Sequence record: NC_054922.1
Strand: one strand, 5' to 3'
DNA length: 64,000 bases
DNA from: Escherichia phage vB_EcoM_KAW1E185
Shown here: positions 19,701-37,841 of the stretch, piece by piece
Layout of the letters: every line of letters begins with the position of its first letter
Numbering within the stretch: position 1 is the stretch's first letter
The notes under the pieces: generated by a model
Database searches by the model: none
What the model was told of the DNA's origin: nothing
What the model saw: the letters and a program-made list of their open reading frames with translations, nothing else
Position numbers and translations under genes: made by a program

Positions 19701-19877
19701 AATTCAATATTTCAAGGTCAATTGCCGTCTGAACGACGTAAATTAATGAGTCCTCTATTTGACGCATCTGGAACAACATTTGCGCAATTTAGAGATTTAG
19801 TTGATAAACGTCTAAAAGATAATATAGGAAATCCAAGAGACCCTGAAAATCCAACACAGGTTAAAATAGATGAATGA
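16779..19877 (+). CDS. 7: gp7 baseplate wedge initiator
   Basis: 1032 aa; T4 gp7 length and order. Confidence 0.95.
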   Translation: MTVKAPSVTSLRISKLSANQVQVRWDDVGANFYYFVEIAETKTDSGEKLPSNQYRWINLGYTANNSFFFDDADPLTTYIIRVATAAQDFEQSDWIYTEEFETFATNAYTFQNMIEMQLANKFIQEKFTLNNSDYVNFNNDTIMAALMNESFQFSPSYVDVSSISNFIIGENEYHEIQGSIQQVCKDINRVYLMESEGILYLFERYQPIVKVSNDKGQTWKAVKLFNDRVGYPLSKTVYYQSANTTYVLGYDKIFYGRKSTDVRWSADDVRFSSQDITFAKLGDQLHLGFDVEIFATYATLPANVYRIAEAITCTDDYIYVVARDKVRYIKTSNAPIDSDPLSPTYSERLFEPDTMTITGNPKAVCYKMDSIGDKVFALIIGEVETLNANPRTSKIIDSADKGIYVLNHDEKTWKRVFGNTEEERRRIQPGYANMSTDGKLVSLSSSNFKFLSDNVVNDPETVVKYQLIGAVKYEFPREWLADKHYHMMAFIADEKSDWETFTPQPMKYYAEPFFNWSKKSNTRCWINNSDRAVVVYADLKYTKVIENIPETSPDRLVHEYWDDGDCTIVMPNVKFTGFKKYASGMLFYKASGEIISYYDFNYRVRDTVEIIWKPTEVFLKAFLQNQEHETPWSPEEERGLADPDLRPLIGTMMPDSYLLQDSNFEAFCEAYIQYLSDGYGTQYNNLRNLIRNQYPREEHAWEYLWSEIYKRNIYLNADKRDAVARFFESRSYDFYSTKGIEASYKFLFKVLYNEEVEIEIESGAGTEYDIIVQSDSLTEDLVGQTIYTATGRCNVTYIERSYSNGKLQWTVTIHNLLGRLIAGQEVKAERLPSFEGEIIRGVKGKDLLQNNIDYINRSRSYYVMKIKSNLPSSRWKSDVIRFVHPVGFGFIAITLLTMFINVGLTLKHTETIINKYKNYKWDSGLPTEYADRVAKLTPTGEIEHDSVTGEAIYEPGPMAGVEYPLPDDYNAENNNSIFQGQLPSERRKLMSPLFDASGTTFAQFRDLVDKRLKDNIGNPRDPENPTQVKIDE

Positions 19878-20874
19878 TTCAAGTGTTATCTATCGTGCGA
19901 TAGTTACTTCAAAATTTAGAACAGAAAAAATGTTGAATTTTTATAATTCAATTGGAAGTGGTCCGGATAAAAACACTATCTTTATCACATTTGGAAGATC
20001 AGAACCGTGGTCATCAAATGAAAATGAGGTGGGCTTTGCCCCACCTTATCCAACCGATTCTGTATTAGGCGTAACTGACATGTGGACGCATATGATGGGA
20101 ACAGTAAAGGTTCTTCCATCAATGCTTGATGCTGTTATTCCTCGCAGAGATTGGGGAGATACTAGATATCCGGATCCATACACATTTAGAATTAACGATA
20201 TTGTAGTGTGTAACTCAGCTCCTTACAATGCTACTGAATCAGGCGCAGGCTGGTTAGTATATCGTTGTTTAGATGTTCCTGATACTGGAATGTGTTCAAT
20301 AACATCTTTAACTGATAAGGATGAATGCCTCAAATTAGGTGGAAAATGGACTCCTTCTGCTAGGTCAATGACTCCGCCTGAAGGCCGAGGAGATGCTGAA
20401 GGAACAATTGAACCAGGAGACGGGTATGTGTGGGAATATCTATTTGAGATTCCGCCTGATGTATCTATAAATAGATGCACGAATGAATATATCGTGGTTC
20501 CTTGGCCTGAGGAATTAAAAGAAGACCCGACTAGATGGGGATATGAAGACAATCTCACTTGGCAACAAGATGATTTTGGATTAATTTACCGTGTTAAGGC
20601 AAATACTATTCGTTTTAAAGCATATTTAGATTCAGTTTATTTTCCTGAAGCTGCATTGCCAGGAAATAAAGGATTTAGACAAATATCAATAATCACGAAT
20701 CCTCTTGAAGCTAAAGCTCATCCAAATGACCCAAACGTTAAAGCTGAAAAGGATTATTATGATCCGGAAGATTTAATGAGGCATTCGGGCGAAATGATTT
20801 ATATGGAAAATAGGCCACCTATTATTATGGCAATGGATCAAACAGAAGAAATCAATATTCTGTTTACATTTTAA
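19870..20874 (+). CDS. 8: gp8 baseplate wedge subunit
   Basis: 334 aa; T4 gp8 length and order. Confidence 0.95.
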   Translation: MNDSSVIYRAIVTSKFRTEKMLNFYNSIGSGPDKNTIFITFGRSEPWSSNENEVGFAPPYPTDSVLGVTDMWTHMMGTVKVLPSMLDAVIPRRDWGDTRYPDPYTFRINDIVVCNSAPYNATESGAGWLVYRCLDVPDTGMCSITSLTDKDECLKLGGKWTPSARSMTPPEGRGDAEGTIEPGDGYVWEYLFEIPPDVSINRCTNEYIVVPWPEELKEDPTRWGYEDNLTWQQDDFGLIYRVKANTIRFKAYLDSVYFPEAALPGNKGFRQISIITNPLEAKAHPNDPNVKAEKDYYDPEDLMRHSGEMIYMENRPPIIMAMDQTEEINILFTF

Positions 20875-20879
20875 ATTAA

Positions 20880-20903
20880 GGGAGCCCATGGGCTCCCTTT
20901 TTC
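20880..20903 (+). terminator. intrinsic terminator after gene 8
   Basis: Palindrome gggagcccatgggctccc followed by TTTTT. Confidence 0.65.
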
Positions 20904-20905
20904 TT

Positions 20906-20913
20906 TATAAATA
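20906..20913 (+). promoter_or_regulatory. late promoter TATAAATA for gene 9
   Basis: Exact TATAAATA about 25 nt upstream of the gene 9 ATG. Confidence 0.6.
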
Positions 20914-20937
20914 CTATAAACTCATAAGGAAACCGCT

Positions 20938-21804
20938 ATGTTCATTCAAGAACCAAAGAAATTGATTGATACCGGCGAAATTGGTAACGCTTCTACTGGT
21001 GATATCTTATTCGACGGTGGTAATAAAATTAATAGTGATTTTAACGCAATTTATAATGCGTTTGGCGATCAGCGTAAAATGGCAGTAGCAAATGGCACTG
21101 GAGCAGATGGTCAAATTATCCATGCTACTGGATATTATCAAAAACACTCTATTACAGAGTACGCAACTCCAGTGAAAGTTGGCACTAGACATGATATTGA
21201 TACCTCTACTGTAGGTGTTAAAGTTATCATTGAAAGAGGCGAACTCGGCGACTGTGTTGAATTTATTAACTCAAATGGATCAATATCAGTTACTAATCCT
21301 TTAACAATTCAAGCTATTGATTCAATTAAAGGTGTTTCGGGTAATTTAGTAGTAACTAGCCCATATAGTAAAGTTACTTTACGCTGTATTTCATCTGATA
21401 ATTCTACTTCGGTTTGGAATTATTCTATTGAAAGTATGTTTGGACAAAAGGAATCACCAGCTGAAGGTACATGGAATATTTCTACATCTGGATCAGTTGA
21501 CATTCCATTATTTCATCGCACTGAATACAATATGGCTAAATTGCTAGTTACGTGCCAATCGGTAGATGGAAGAAAAATTAAAACAGCAGAAATAAATATT
21601 CTTGTGGATACTGTTAATTCAGAGGTAATTTCTTCTGAATATGCTGTCATGCGAGTTGGGAATGAAACCGAAGAAGACGAAATCGCTAATATTGCATTTA
21701 GTATTAAAGAAAACTATGTAACGGCGACTATAAGTTCTTCAACTGTCGGTATGAGAGCAGCAGTTAAAGTTATCGCTACGCAGAAAATCGGGGTGGCTCA
21801 ATAA
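20938..21804 (+). CDS. 9: gp9 baseplate wedge, long tail fibre socket
   Basis: 288 aa; T4 gp9 length and order. Confidence 0.95.
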   Translation: MFIQEPKKLIDTGEIGNASTGDILFDGGNKINSDFNAIYNAFGDQRKMAVANGTGADGQIIHATGYYQKHSITEYATPVKVGTRHDIDTSTVGVKVIIERGELGDCVEFINSNGSISVTNPLTIQAIDSIKGVSGNLVVTSPYSKVTLRCISSDNSTSVWNYSIESMFGQKESPAEGTWNISTSGSVDIPLFHRTEYNMAKLLVTCQSVDGRKIKTAEINILVDTVNSEVISSEYAVMRVGNETEEDEIANIAFSIKENYVTATISSSTVGMRAAVKVIATQKIGVAQ

Positions 21805-23612
21805 TGAAACAAAATATTAATATCGGTAATGTTGTAGATGATGGTACCGGTGACTACCTGCGTAAAGGTGGTATAAAAATAAATGAAAACTTTGATGAGC
21901 TTTATTATGAACTCGGTGATGGTGATGTTCCATATTCAGCCGGTGCCTGGAAAACTTATAATGCTTCATCAGGACAAACATTAACAGCAGAATGGGGAAA
22001 ATCATACGCTATTAATACATCTTCTGGAAGAGTGACTATAAATCTTCCAAAGGGTACAGTTAATGATTACAACAAGGTAATTAGAGCTAGAGACGTATTT
22101 GCTACATGGAACGTCAACCCAGTTACACTAGTAGCTGCTTCCGGCGATACGATTAAAGGGTCTGCAGTGCCAGTTGAAATTAATGTTCAATTCAGCGATT
22201 TAGAACTAGTGTATTGTGCCCCAGGACGTTGGGAATATGTCAAAAATAAACAAATCGACAAAATTACCAGTTCAGACATTAGTAATGTAGCTCGCAAAGA
22301 ATTTTTAGTTGAAGTTCAAGGACAAACGGACTTTTTAGATGTTTTCCGTGGAACTAGTTATAATGTAAATAACATCAGAGTAAAACATCGCGGTAACGAA
22401 TTGTATTACGGTGATGTGTTTAGCGAAAACAGTGATTTTGGCTCTCCGGGCGAAAATGAAGGAGAACTAGTTCCTCTTGATGGATTTAATATTCGATTAA
22501 GACAGCCTTGTAATATTGGTGACACTGTTCAAATTGAAACATTTATGGATGGTGTATCGCAGTGGAGAAGTTCATATACAAGACGTCAAATTAGATTGTT
22601 AGATTCAAAATTAACGTCAAAAACTTCTTTAGAAGGAAGTATTTACGTTACTGATTTATCAACAATGAAATCAATTCCATTTTCTGCTTTTGGATTAATT
22701 CCAGGAGAACCTATTAATCCTAACTCTCTTGAGGTTCGTTTTAATGGAATTTTACAAGAATTGGCTGGAACAGTTGGAATGCCATTATTTCACTGTGTTG
22801 GTGCCGATTCAGACGATGAAGTAGAATGCTCTGTTTTAGGTGGAACTTGGGAACAATCTCATACCGATTATTCAATTGAAACTGATGAAAACGGCATACC
22901 GGAAATTTTACATTTCGATAGAGTATTTGAGCATGGTGACATTATCAATATCACCTGGTTTAATAATGATTTAGGCACATTATTAACAAAAGACGAGATT
23001 ATTGATGAAACTGATAATCTTTATGTATCTCAAGGACCGGGAGTAGATATTTCTGGTGATGTAAATTTAACAGACTTCGATAAAATTGGTTGGCCAAATG
23101 TAGAAGCAGTTCAATCTTATCAACGCGAATTTAATGCTGTTTCAAATATCTTTGATACGATTTATCCTATTGGAACTATATATGAAAACGCTGTTAATCC
23201 AAACAACCCTGTTACATATATGGGATTCGGCTCATGGAAATTATTTGGGCAAGGAAAAGTTTTAGTTGGATGGAATGAAGATATTTCGGACCCTAACTTT
23301 GCTCTAAATAACAACGATTTAGATTCGGGTGGAAATCCTTCACATACTGCAGGTGGAACAGGTGGTTCTACTTCTGTTACATTGGAAAATGCTAATCTTC
23401 CTGCAACTGAAACAGATGAAGAAGTTCTAATAGTTGATGAAAATGGATCAGTCATTGTTGGTGGGTGTCAATACGATCCAGATGAATCCGGTCCAATTTA
23501 CACTAAATACCGTGAAGCTAAAGCATCTACTAACTCTACTCACACTCCGCCAACATCAATAACTAACATTCAACCATATATTACAGTTTATCGTTGGATA
23601 AGGATTGCATAA
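21804..23612 (+). CDS. 10: gp10 baseplate wedge subunit
   Basis: 602 aa; T4 gp10 length and order. Confidence 0.95.
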   Translation: MKQNINIGNVVDDGTGDYLRKGGIKINENFDELYYELGDGDVPYSAGAWKTYNASSGQTLTAEWGKSYAINTSSGRVTINLPKGTVNDYNKVIRARDVFATWNVNPVTLVAASGDTIKGSAVPVEINVQFSDLELVYCAPGRWEYVKNKQIDKITSSDISNVARKEFLVEVQGQTDFLDVFRGTSYNVNNIRVKHRGNELYYGDVFSENSDFGSPGENEGELVPLDGFNIRLRQPCNIGDTVQIETFMDGVSQWRSSYTRRQIRLLDSKLTSKTSLEGSIYVTDLSTMKSIPFSAFGLIPGEPINPNSLEVRFNGILQELAGTVGMPLFHCVGADSDDEVECSVLGGTWEQSHTDYSIETDENGIPEILHFDRVFEHGDIINITWFNNDLGTLLTKDEIIDETDNLYVSQGPGVDISGDVNLTDFDKIGWPNVEAVQSYQREFNAVSNIFDTIYPIGTIYENAVNPNNPVTYMGFGSWKLFGQGKVLVGWNEDISDPNFALNNNDLDSGGNPSHTAGGTGGSTSVTLENANLPATETDEEVLIVDENGSVIVGGCQYDPDESGPIYTKYREAKASTNSTHTPPTSITNIQPYITVYRWIRIA

Positions 23613-24271
23613 TGAGTTTACTTAATAATAAAGCGGGAGTTATTTCCCGCTTAGCCGATTTTCTTGGTTTTAGACCTAAAGCTGGTAATATAGATGTAAT
23701 GAATCGTCAATCAGTTGGGTCAGTGACAATTTCTCAATTAGCGAAAGGATTTTATGAACCAAACGTAGAATCAGCTATTAATGATGTTCATAATTTTTCT
23801 ATAAAAGACGTTGGTACAATTATTACTAATAAAACTGGTGTTTCTCCTGAGGGTGTTTCTCAAACCGATTATTGGGCATTTTCTGGAACTGTAACAGACG
23901 ATTCTCTTCCTCCGGGTTCTCCTGTTACGGTATTAGTATTTGGTCTTCCAGTTTCAGCAACTACTGGAATGACGGCAATTGAGTTTGTTGCAAAAGTTCG
24001 TGTTGCCCTTCAAGAAGCTATTGCGTCATTTACTGCTATTAACTCATATAAAGACCATCCAACAGATGGTAGTAAATTAGAAGTTACTTATTTAGATAAT
24101 CAAAAACATGTATTAAGCACATATTCTACATATGGAATAACTATTTCACAGGAAATTATTTCTGAGTCTAAACCTGGCTACGGTACATGGAATTTATTAG
24201 GCGCACAAACTGTAACTTTAGATAATCAGCAGACTCCTACAGTATTTTATCATTTTGAGAGAACAGCATGA
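23612..24271 (+). CDS. 11: gp11 baseplate wedge, short tail fibre attachment
   Basis: 219 aa from ATG 23612 ([19 protein letters not shown]); ORF-track start is an upstream in-frame extension. Confidence 0.93.
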   Translation: MSLLNNKAGVISRLADFLGFRPKAGNIDVMNRQSVGSVTISQLAKGFYEPNVESAINDVHNFSIKDVGTIITNKTGVSPEGVSQTDYWAFSGTVTDDSLPPGSPVTVLVFGLPVSATTGMTAIEFVAKVRVALQEAIASFTAINSYKDHPTDGSKLEVTYLDNQKHVLSTYSTYGITISQEIISESKPGYGTWNLLGAQTVTLDNQQTPTVFYHFERTA

Positions 24272-25851
24272 GTAATAATACATATCAACACGTTTCTAAT
24301 GAATCTCGTTATGTAAAATTTGATCCTACAGATACGAATTTTCCACCAGAGATTACTGATGTTCAGGCTGCTATAGCAGCCATTTCTCCTGCTGGCGTAA
24401 ATGGAGTTCCTGATGCATCGTCAACAACAAAGGGAATTTTATTTCTTGCCACTGAACAGGAAGTTATAGATGGAACTAATAATACCAAAGCAGTTACACC
24501 AGCAACGTTGGCAACAAGATTATCATATCCAAACGCAACTGAAACTGTTTACGGATTAACAAGATATTCAACCAATGATGAAGCCATTGCCGGAGTTAAT
24601 AATGAATCTTCTATAACTCCAGCTAAATTTACTGTTGCTCTTAATAATGCGTTTGAAACACGAGTTTCAACTGAATCCTCGAATGGTGTTATTAAAATTT
24701 CATCTCTACCGCAAGCATTAGCTGGTGCAGATGATACTACTGCAATGACTCCATTAAAAACACAGCAGTTAGCTATTAAATTAATTGCGCAAATTGCTCC
24801 TTCTGAAACCACAGCTACTGAATCGGACCAAGGTGTTGTTCAATTAGCAACAGTAGCGCAGGTTCGTCAGGGAACTTTGAGAGAAGGCTATGCAATTTCT
24901 CCTTATACGTTTATGAATTCATCTGCTACTGAAGAATATAAAGGCGTAATTAAATTAGGAACACAATCAGAAGTTAACTCGAATAATGCTTCTGTTGCGG
25001 TTACTGGCGCAACTCTTAATGGTCGTGGTTCTACAACGTCAATGAGAGGCGTAGTTAGATTAACAACAACGGCCGGTTCACAGAGTGGAGGAGATGCTTC
25101 ATCAGCCTTAGCTTGGAATGCTGACGTTATCCACCAAAGAGGCGGTCAAACTATCAATGGAACACTTCGCATTAATAACACGCTTACAATAGCTTCAGGT
25201 GGAGCAAATATTACCGGAACAGTTAACATGACCGGTGGTTATATTCAAGGTAAGCGTGTCGTAACACAAAATGAAATTGATAGAACTATTCCTGTCGGAG
25301 CTATTATGATGTGGGCCGCTGATAGTCTTCCTAGTGATGCTTGGCGTTTTTGCCACGGTGGAACTGTTTCAGCGTCAGATTGTCCATTATATGCTTCTAG
25401 AATTGGAACAAGATATGGCGGAAGCTCATCAAATCCTGGATTGCCTGACATGCGTGGTCTTTTTGTTCGTGGCTCTGGTCGTGGCTCTCACTTAACAAAT
25501 CCAAATGTTAATGGTAATGACCAATTTGGTAAACCTAGATTAGGTGTAGGTTGTACTGGTGGATATGTTGGTGAAGTACAGAAACAGCAGATGTCCTATC
25601 ATAAACATGCTGGTGGATTTGGTGAGCATGATGATTCTGGGGCATTCGGTAATACCCGTAGATCAAATTTTGTTGGTACACGTAAAGGACTTGACTGGGA
25701 TAACCGTTCATACTTCACCAATGATGGATATGAAATTGACCCGGCATCGCAGCGAAATTCCAAATATACGTTAAATCGCCCTGAATTAATTGGAAATGAA
25801 ACACGTCCATGGAACATTTCTTTAAACTACATAATTAAGGTAAAAGAATGA
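24268..25851 (+). CDS. 12: gp12 short tail fibre
   Basis: 527 aa; T4 gp12 length and order. Confidence 0.95.
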   Translation: MSNNTYQHVSNESRYVKFDPTDTNFPPEITDVQAAIAAISPAGVNGVPDASSTTKGILFLATEQEVIDGTNNTKAVTPATLATRLSYPNATETVYGLTRYSTNDEAIAGVNNESSITPAKFTVALNNAFETRVSTESSNGVIKISSLPQALAGADDTTAMTPLKTQQLAIKLIAQIAPSETTATESDQGVVQLATVAQVRQGTLREGYAISPYTFMNSSATEEYKGVIKLGTQSEVNSNNASVAVTGATLNGRGSTTSMRGVVRLTTTAGSQSGGDASSALAWNADVIHQRGGQTINGTLRINNTLTIASGGANITGTVNMTGGYIQGKRVVTQNEIDRTIPVGAIMMWAADSLPSDAWRFCHGGTVSASDCPLYASRIGTRYGGSSSNPGLPDMRGLFVRGSGRGSHLTNPNVNGNDQFGKPRLGVGCTGGYVGEVQKQQMSYHKHAGGFGEHDDSGAFGNTRRSNFVGTRKGLDWDNRSYFTNDGYEIDPASQRNSKYTLNRPELIGNETRPWNISLNYIIKVKE

Positions 25852-27311
25852 CAGATATTGTACTGAATGACTTACCATTCGTTGACGGCCCTCCTGCAGA
25901 GGGCCAGAGCCGCATTTCCTGGATTAAAAACGGCGAAGAAATATTAGGAGCTGACACACAGTATGGAAGCGAAGGTTCAATGAATAGACCTACAGTTTCT
26001 GTACTAAGAAATGTTGAAGTTCTTGATAAAAACATTGGAATACTTAAAACATCTTTAGAAACCGCAAATAGTGATATTAAAACAATTCAGGGCATCTTAG
26101 ATGTATCTGGTGATATTGAAGCTTTGGCCCAAATAAGTATCAATAAAAATGATATTTCTGACCTTAAAACGCTAACCAGTGAACATACAGAAATATTAAA
26201 TGGGACTAATAGTACAGTTGACAGCATTCTTGCTGATATTGGTCCATTTAACTCCGAGGCCAACTCTGTATACAGAACGATCAGAAATGATTTACTATGG
26301 ATAAAGCGTGAACTTGGACAATACACAGGTCAAGATATTAATGGTCTTCCTGTTGTAGGAAATCCTAGTAGTGGAATGAAGCATCGCATTATTAATAATA
26401 CTGATGTCATTACTTCACAGGGAATACGTTTAAGCGAATTAGAAACAAAATTTATTGAATCTGATGTAGGTTCTTTGACTATTGAAGTTGGTAATCTTCG
26501 CGAAGAGCTTGGACCAAAACCACCGTCATTTTCACAGAACGTTTACAGTCGTTTAAATGAAATTGACACTAAACAGACAACAGTTGAGTCTGACATTAGT
26601 GCTATTAAGACCTCAATAGGATATCCAGGAAATAATTCGATTATCACGAGTGTTAATACAAACACTGATAATATTGCATCTATTAATTTAGAGCTAAATC
26701 AAAGTGGAGGTATTAAACAGCGTTTAACCGTTATTGAAACTTCTATTGGATCAGACGATATTCCTTCAAGTATTAAAGGCCAAATCAAAGATAATACAAC
26801 TTCAATCGAATCTCTAAATGGAATCGTCGGTGAAAACACTTCATCTGGTTTAAGAGCGAATGTTTCATGGTTAAACCAAATTGTTGGAACTGATTCTAGC
26901 GGTGGACAACCTTCTCCTCCTGGGTCTCTTTTAAACCGAGTTTCTACAATTGAAACTTCTGTTTCAGGCTTGAATAACGATGTTCAAAACCTACAAGTAG
27001 AGATTGGTAATAACAGCACAGGAATTAAAGGACAAGTTGTAGCGTTAAATACTTTAGTAAATGGAACTAATCCAAACGGTTCAACTGTTGAAGAACGCGG
27101 ATTAACCAATTCAATAAAAGCTAACGAAACTAACATTGCATCAGTTACACAAGAAGTGAATACAGCTAAAGGCAATATATCTTCTTTACAAGACGATGTT
27201 CAAGCTCTCCAAGAAGCCAGTTATATTCCTGAAGCGCCAAGAGATGGGCAAGCTTACGTTCGTAAAGACGGCGAATGGGTATTGCTTTCTACCTTTTTAT
27301 CACCAGCATAA
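25848..27311 (+). CDS. wac: fibritin (whisker antigen control, wac)
   Basis: 487 aa; long coiled-coil heptads; C-terminal foldon [27 protein letters not shown]. Confidence 0.97.
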   Translation: MTDIVLNDLPFVDGPPAEGQSRISWIKNGEEILGADTQYGSEGSMNRPTVSVLRNVEVLDKNIGILKTSLETANSDIKTIQGILDVSGDIEALAQISINKNDISDLKTLTSEHTEILNGTNSTVDSILADIGPFNSEANSVYRTIRNDLLWIKRELGQYTGQDINGLPVVGNPSSGMKHRIINNTDVITSQGIRLSELETKFIESDVGSLTIEVGNLREELGPKPPSFSQNVYSRLNEIDTKQTTVESDISAIKTSIGYPGNNSIITSVNTNTDNIASINLELNQSGGIKQRLTVIETSIGSDDIPSSIKGQIKDNTTSIESLNGIVGENTSSGLRANVSWLNQIVGTDSSGGQPSPPGSLLNRVSTIETSVSGLNNDVQNLQVEIGNNSTGIKGQVVALNTLVNGTNPNGSTVEERGLTNSIKANETNIASVTQEVNTAKGNISSLQDDVQALQEASYIPEAPRDGQAYVRKDGEWVLLSTFLSPA

Positions 27312-27314
27312 CAT

Positions 27315-27338
27315 GGGGCCGCAAGGCCCCAAAGGATT
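27315..27338 (+). terminator. hairpin GGGGCC-GCAA-GGCCCC after wac, weak U-tract
   Basis: Read directly; possibly an RNA stabiliser rather than a strong terminator. Confidence 0.4.
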
Positions 27339-27342
27339 TTAA

Positions 27343-29044
<1,702 letters not shown>

Positions 29045-29085
29045 TAAATATTATAAACTAATTAAAGCCCAGATTAGGAGAAATC

Positions 29086-32226
<3,141 letters not shown>

Positions 32227-32254
32227 TATTAAAGCATATTAAAGAGGATTAAAA

Positions 32255-34234
32255 ATGACTTTATTATCTCCGGGCATTGAGCTCAAAGAAACTACGGTTC
32301 AAAGCACCGTGGTTAATAACTCTACTGGTACAGCAGCTTTGGCCGGTAAATTCCAGTGGGGTCCTGCTTTTCAGATTAAACAGGTTACAAATGAAGTAGA
32401 TTTAGTTAATACTTTTGGTCAACCAACCGCTGAAACTGCTGACTATTTTATGTCTGCGATGAATTTCTTACAGTACGGAAATGACTTACGAGTAGTTCGT
32501 GCTGTTGATAGAGATACCGCTAAAAACTCATCTCCGATTGCTGGTAATATTGAATACACAATTTCTACCCCAGGTAGTAACTACGCGGTTGGAGATAAAA
32601 TAACTGTCAAATATGTTTCAGATGATATTGAAACTGAAGGTAAAATTACCGAAGTAGACGCAGATGGAAAAATTAAGAAAATTAATATTCCTACTGCAAA
32701 AATTATCGCTAAAGCGAAAGAAGTCGGTGAATATCCAGCACTAGGTTCTAACTGGACTGCAGAAATTTCTTCGTCTTCCTCTGGTTTAGCTGCAGTAATA
32801 ACTCTTGGAAAAATTATTACTGATTCTGGTATTTTATTAGCTGAAATTGAAAATGCTGAAGCTGCTATGACAGCTGTTGACTTTCAAGCAAGTCTCGAAA
32901 AATATGGAATTCCAGGAGTAGTAGCTCTTTATCCAGGCGAATTAGGCGATAAAATTGAAATTGAAATCGTATCTAAAGCTGACTACGCAAAAGGAGCTTC
33001 TGCATTACTCCCAATTTATCCGGGCGGTGGTACTCGTGCATCTACTGCTAAAGCAGTGTTTGGATATGGACCGCAAACTGATTCACAGTACGCTATTATA
33101 GTTCGTCGTAATGATGCTATTGTTCAAAGCGTTGTTCTTTCAACTAAGCGTGGTGAAAAAGATATTTACGATAGTAACATCTATATCGATGACTTTTTCG
33201 CAAAAGGCGGCTCAGAATATATTTTTGCAACTGCACAAAACTGGCCAGAAGGATTCTCTGGAATTTTAACTCTGTCTGGTGGATTATCATCAAATGCTGA
33301 AGTAACAGCAGGAGATTTGATGGAAGCTTGGGACTTCTTTGCTGACCGTGAATCTGTTGACGTTCAGCTGTTTATTGCGGGTTCTTGTGCCGGTGAATCT
33401 TTAGAAACAGCATCTACTGTCCAAAAACACGTCGTTTCAATTGGGGATGCTCGCCAAGATTGCTTAGTATTGTGCTCTCCTCCGCGTGAAACTGTAGTTG
33501 GAATTCCTGTAACTCGTGCTGTTGATAACTTAGTCAATTGGAGAACTGCAGCAGGTTCATACACTGATAATAACTTTAATATCAGTTCAACCTACGCAGC
33601 AATTGATGGCAACTACAAGTATCAGTATGACAAATATAATGATGTGAATCGTTGGGTTCCATTAGCAGCTGATATTGCTGGTTTATGCGCGAGAACTGAT
33701 AACGTTTCTCAGACTTGGATGTCTCCGGCTGGTTATAATCGTGGTCAGATTTTGAACGTTATTAAACTTGCTATTGAAACTCGCCAGGCGCAGCGCGACC
33801 GTTTATACCAAGAAGCTATCAACCCGGTAACCGGTACAGGTGGTGATGGTTACGTATTGTATGGTGATAAAACAGCTACTTCTGTTCCTTCTCCATTTGA
33901 TCGTATTAACGTTCGTCGTCTGTTTAATATGTTGAAAACGAATATCGGACGTAGTTCAAAATATCGTTTGTTCGAATTAAACAACGCGTTTACTCGTTCA
34001 TCGTTCCGCACAGAAACTTCCCAGTACTTGCAGGGAATTAAAGCTCTCGGTGGAATTTATGAATATCGTGTAGTTTGCGATACAACAAATAACACTCCGT
34101 CAGTAATTGATAGAAATGAGTTTGTTGCAACATTCTACATTCAACCGGCTAGAAGCATTAACTACATTACCTTAAACTTCGTAGCAACTGCTACTGGTGC
34201 AGATTTCGATGAGTTAACTGGTCTTGCGGGTTAA
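32255..34234 (+). CDS. 18: gp18 contractile tail sheath
   Basis: 659 aa; T4 gp18 length and order. Confidence 0.97.
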   Translation: MTLLSPGIELKETTVQSTVVNNSTGTAALAGKFQWGPAFQIKQVTNEVDLVNTFGQPTAETADYFMSAMNFLQYGNDLRVVRAVDRDTAKNSSPIAGNIEYTISTPGSNYAVGDKITVKYVSDDIETEGKITEVDADGKIKKINIPTAKIIAKAKEVGEYPALGSNWTAEISSSSSGLAAVITLGKIITDSGILLAEIENAEAAMTAVDFQASLEKYGIPGVVALYPGELGDKIEIEIVSKADYAKGASALLPIYPGGGTRASTAKAVFGYGPQTDSQYAIIVRRNDAIVQSVVLSTKRGEKDIYDSNIYIDDFFAKGGSEYIFATAQNWPEGFSGILTLSGGLSSNAEVTAGDLMEAWDFFADRESVDVQLFIAGSCAGESLETASTVQKHVVSIGDARQDCLVLCSPPRETVVGIPVTRAVDNLVNWRTAAGSYTDNNFNISSTYAAIDGNYKYQYDKYNDVNRWVPLAADIAGLCARTDNVSQTWMSPAGYNRGQILNVIKLAIETRQAQRDRLYQEAINPVTGTGGDGYVLYGDKTATSVPSPFDRINVRRLFNMLKTNIGRSSKYRLFELNNAFTRSSFRTETSQYLQGIKALGGIYEYRVVCDTTNNTPSVIDRNEFVATFYIQPARSINYITLNFVATATGADFDELTGLAG

Positions 34235-34328
34235 TACGGTGCATTCTAAAGGCCTGTTTCGGCAGGCCATATAAATACACTATATCCTTAATTCTTTAAT
34301 TCTATATGCCCTAGGTTAAACATAGGGA

Positions 34329-34336
34329 TATAAATA
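34329..34336 (+). promoter_or_regulatory. late promoter TATAAATA for gene 19 (second copy at 34270..34277)
   Basis: Two exact TATAAATA motifs in the 18-19 intergenic region, separated by hairpins. Confidence 0.6.
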
Positions 34337-34350
34337 CTACAGAGGCTAAT

Positions 34351-34842
34351 ATGTTTGTAGATGATGTAACACGAGCGTTTGAATCTGGTGATTTTGCTCG
34401 ACCTAACTTATTCCAAGTAGAAATTTCTTATCTTGGACAAAATTTTACGTTCCAATGTAAAGCTACTGCTCTACCAGCTGGTATTGTAGAAAAAATTCCA
34501 GTCGGATTTATGAACCGTAAAATTAACGTAGCAGGTGATCGTACATTCGATGACTGGACTGTTACAGTAATGAACGATGAGGCACATGATGCTCGCCAGA
34601 AGTTCGTTGATTGGCAAAGCATTGCTGCGGGGCAAGGAAACGAAATTACTGGTGGAAAACCTGCAGAGTATAAAAAGAGCGCTATCGTTCGTCAATATGC
34701 TCGTGACGCTAAAACAGTAACAAAAGAAATTGAAATTAAAGGTCTATGGCCTACTAACGTGGGTGAACTTCAATTAGATTGGGATTCAAACAATGAAATC
34801 CAAACCTTTGAAGTAACTCTTGCTCTCGATTATTGGGAATAA
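34351..34842 (+). CDS. 19: gp19 tail tube
   Basis: 163 aa; T4 gp19 length and order. Confidence 0.97.
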   Translation: MFVDDVTRAFESGDFARPNLFQVEISYLGQNFTFQCKATALPAGIVEKIPVGFMNRKINVAGDRTFDDWTVTVMNDEAHDARQKFVDWQSIAAGQGNEITGGKPAEYKKSAIVRQYARDAKTVTKEIEIKGLWPTNVGELQLDWDSNNEIQTFEVTLALDYWE

Positions 34843-34874
34843 AATGAATGGGGAGAAATCCCCATCCTGCTTAA

Positions 34875-36499
<1,625 letters not shown>

Positions 36500-36500
<1 letters not shown>

Positions 36501-36748
36501 TGGAAGGTTTAATTGAAGCTATTAAATCAAACGACCTCGTAGCCGCTCGTAAATTCTTTGCTGAAGCCATGGCTGCAAGAACGATTGATTTAATTAAAGA
36601 AGAAAAAATCGCTATCGCTCGTAATTTCTTAATCGAAGGTGAAGAACCCGATGATGAGGATGACGAAGACGAGGATGATGACGAAGATAGTGATGATAAA
36701 GACGACAAAAAAGACAAAGACTCTGACGAAGACGAGGATGATGAATAA
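36500..36748 (+). CDS. 67: gp67 prohead core protein with acidic D/E-rich tail
   Basis: 82 aa; position between 20 and 68; poly-D/E C-terminus. Confidence 0.9.
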
Positions 36749-37173
36749 TGCTTCTGATCCCTGAAACTCATGAATTAGTTCTCGAGAATGTCGAAGCACT
36801 TATTCCTGAAGCACAGGGTCGCTTTGACGAATTGTCTTCTGCTTTAAATAAAGACGATATAAATACAATTATCGAGAATATGCTTGATGATGAAACTGAT
36901 TTAGCAATTGCATTAGCTTCTATTAATGAAGATATGCCGCTAAATGAATTCATCGTTAAACATGTTTCTGCTCGTGGTGAAATTACACGTACTAAAGACC
37001 GCAAGACGCGTGAACGTAATGCATTTCAAACCACCGGGCTGTCTAAAGCAAAACGTAGACAAATTGCTCGCAAAGCTACCAAAACGAAGATTGCCAATCC
37101 AGCAGGTCAATCTCGTGCTCAGCGTAAGCGTAAAAAAGCTCTTAAACGCCGTAAAGCATTAGGATTAAGCTAA
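36748..37173 (+). CDS. 68: gp68 prohead core protein
   Basis: 141 aa; T4 gp68 length and order. Confidence 0.9.
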   Translation: MLLIPETHELVLENVEALIPEAQGRFDELSSALNKDDINTIIENMLDDETDLAIALASINEDMPLNEFIVKHVSARGEITRTKDRKTRERNAFQTTGLSKAKRRQIARKATKTKIANPAGQSRAQRKRKKALKRRKALGLS

Positions 37174-37811
37174 TGAATGAACCCCAATTACTAATTGAAA
37201 CTTGGGGTCAACCTGGCGAAATTATTGATGGTGTGCCAATGCTTGAATCCCACGATGGAAAAGACTTAGGTTTAAAACCTGGTTTATACATCGAAGGAAT
37301 ATTCATGCAAGCGGAAGTCGTCAATAGAAATAAACGTCTTTATCCAAAACGCATATTAGAAAAAGCGGTAAAAGACTATATCAATGAGCAAGTTTTAACT
37401 AAACAAGCTCTCGGAGAATTAAATCATCCTCCACGCGCTAATGTTGACCCGATGCAAGCCGCTATCATTATAGAAGATATGTGGTGGAAAGGAAATGACG
37501 TATACGGACGAGCTCGTGTTATTGAAGGTGACCATGGTCCTGGAGATAAATTAGCAGCTAATATTCGTGCCGGATGGATTCCAGGAGTTTCTTCTCGTGG
37601 ATTAGGTTCATTGACTGACACAAATAAAGGTTATCGTATCGTAAACGAAGGATTCAAATTAACTGTAGGTGTTGATGCAGTATGGGGTCCAAGTGCTCCA
37701 GATGCATGGGTAACTCCTAAGGAAATTACCGAATCACAGACGGCGGAAGCCGATACAAGTGCCGATGACGCCTATATGGCTCTCGCAGAGGCCATGAAAA
37801 AAGCGTTATAA
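37173..37811 (+). CDS. 21: gp21 prohead core scaffold protease
   Basis: 212 aa; T4 gp21 length and order. Confidence 0.95.
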   Translation: MNEPQLLIETWGQPGEIIDGVPMLESHDGKDLGLKPGLYIEGIFMQAEVVNRNKRLYPKRILEKAVKDYINEQVLTKQALGELNHPPRANVDPMQAAIIIEDMWWKGNDVYGRARVIEGDHGPGDKLAANIRAGWIPGVSSRGLGSLTDTNKGYRIVNEGFKLTVGVDAVWGPSAPDAWVTPKEITESQTAEADTSADDAYMALAEAMKKAL

Positions 37812-37814
37812 ATA
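37807..37814 (+). promoter_or_regulatory. late promoter TATAAATA for gene 22
   Basis: Exact TATAAATA overlapping the gene 21 stop. Confidence 0.6.
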
Positions 37815-37841
37815 TTATTATCTAAACAACAGGACTACAAA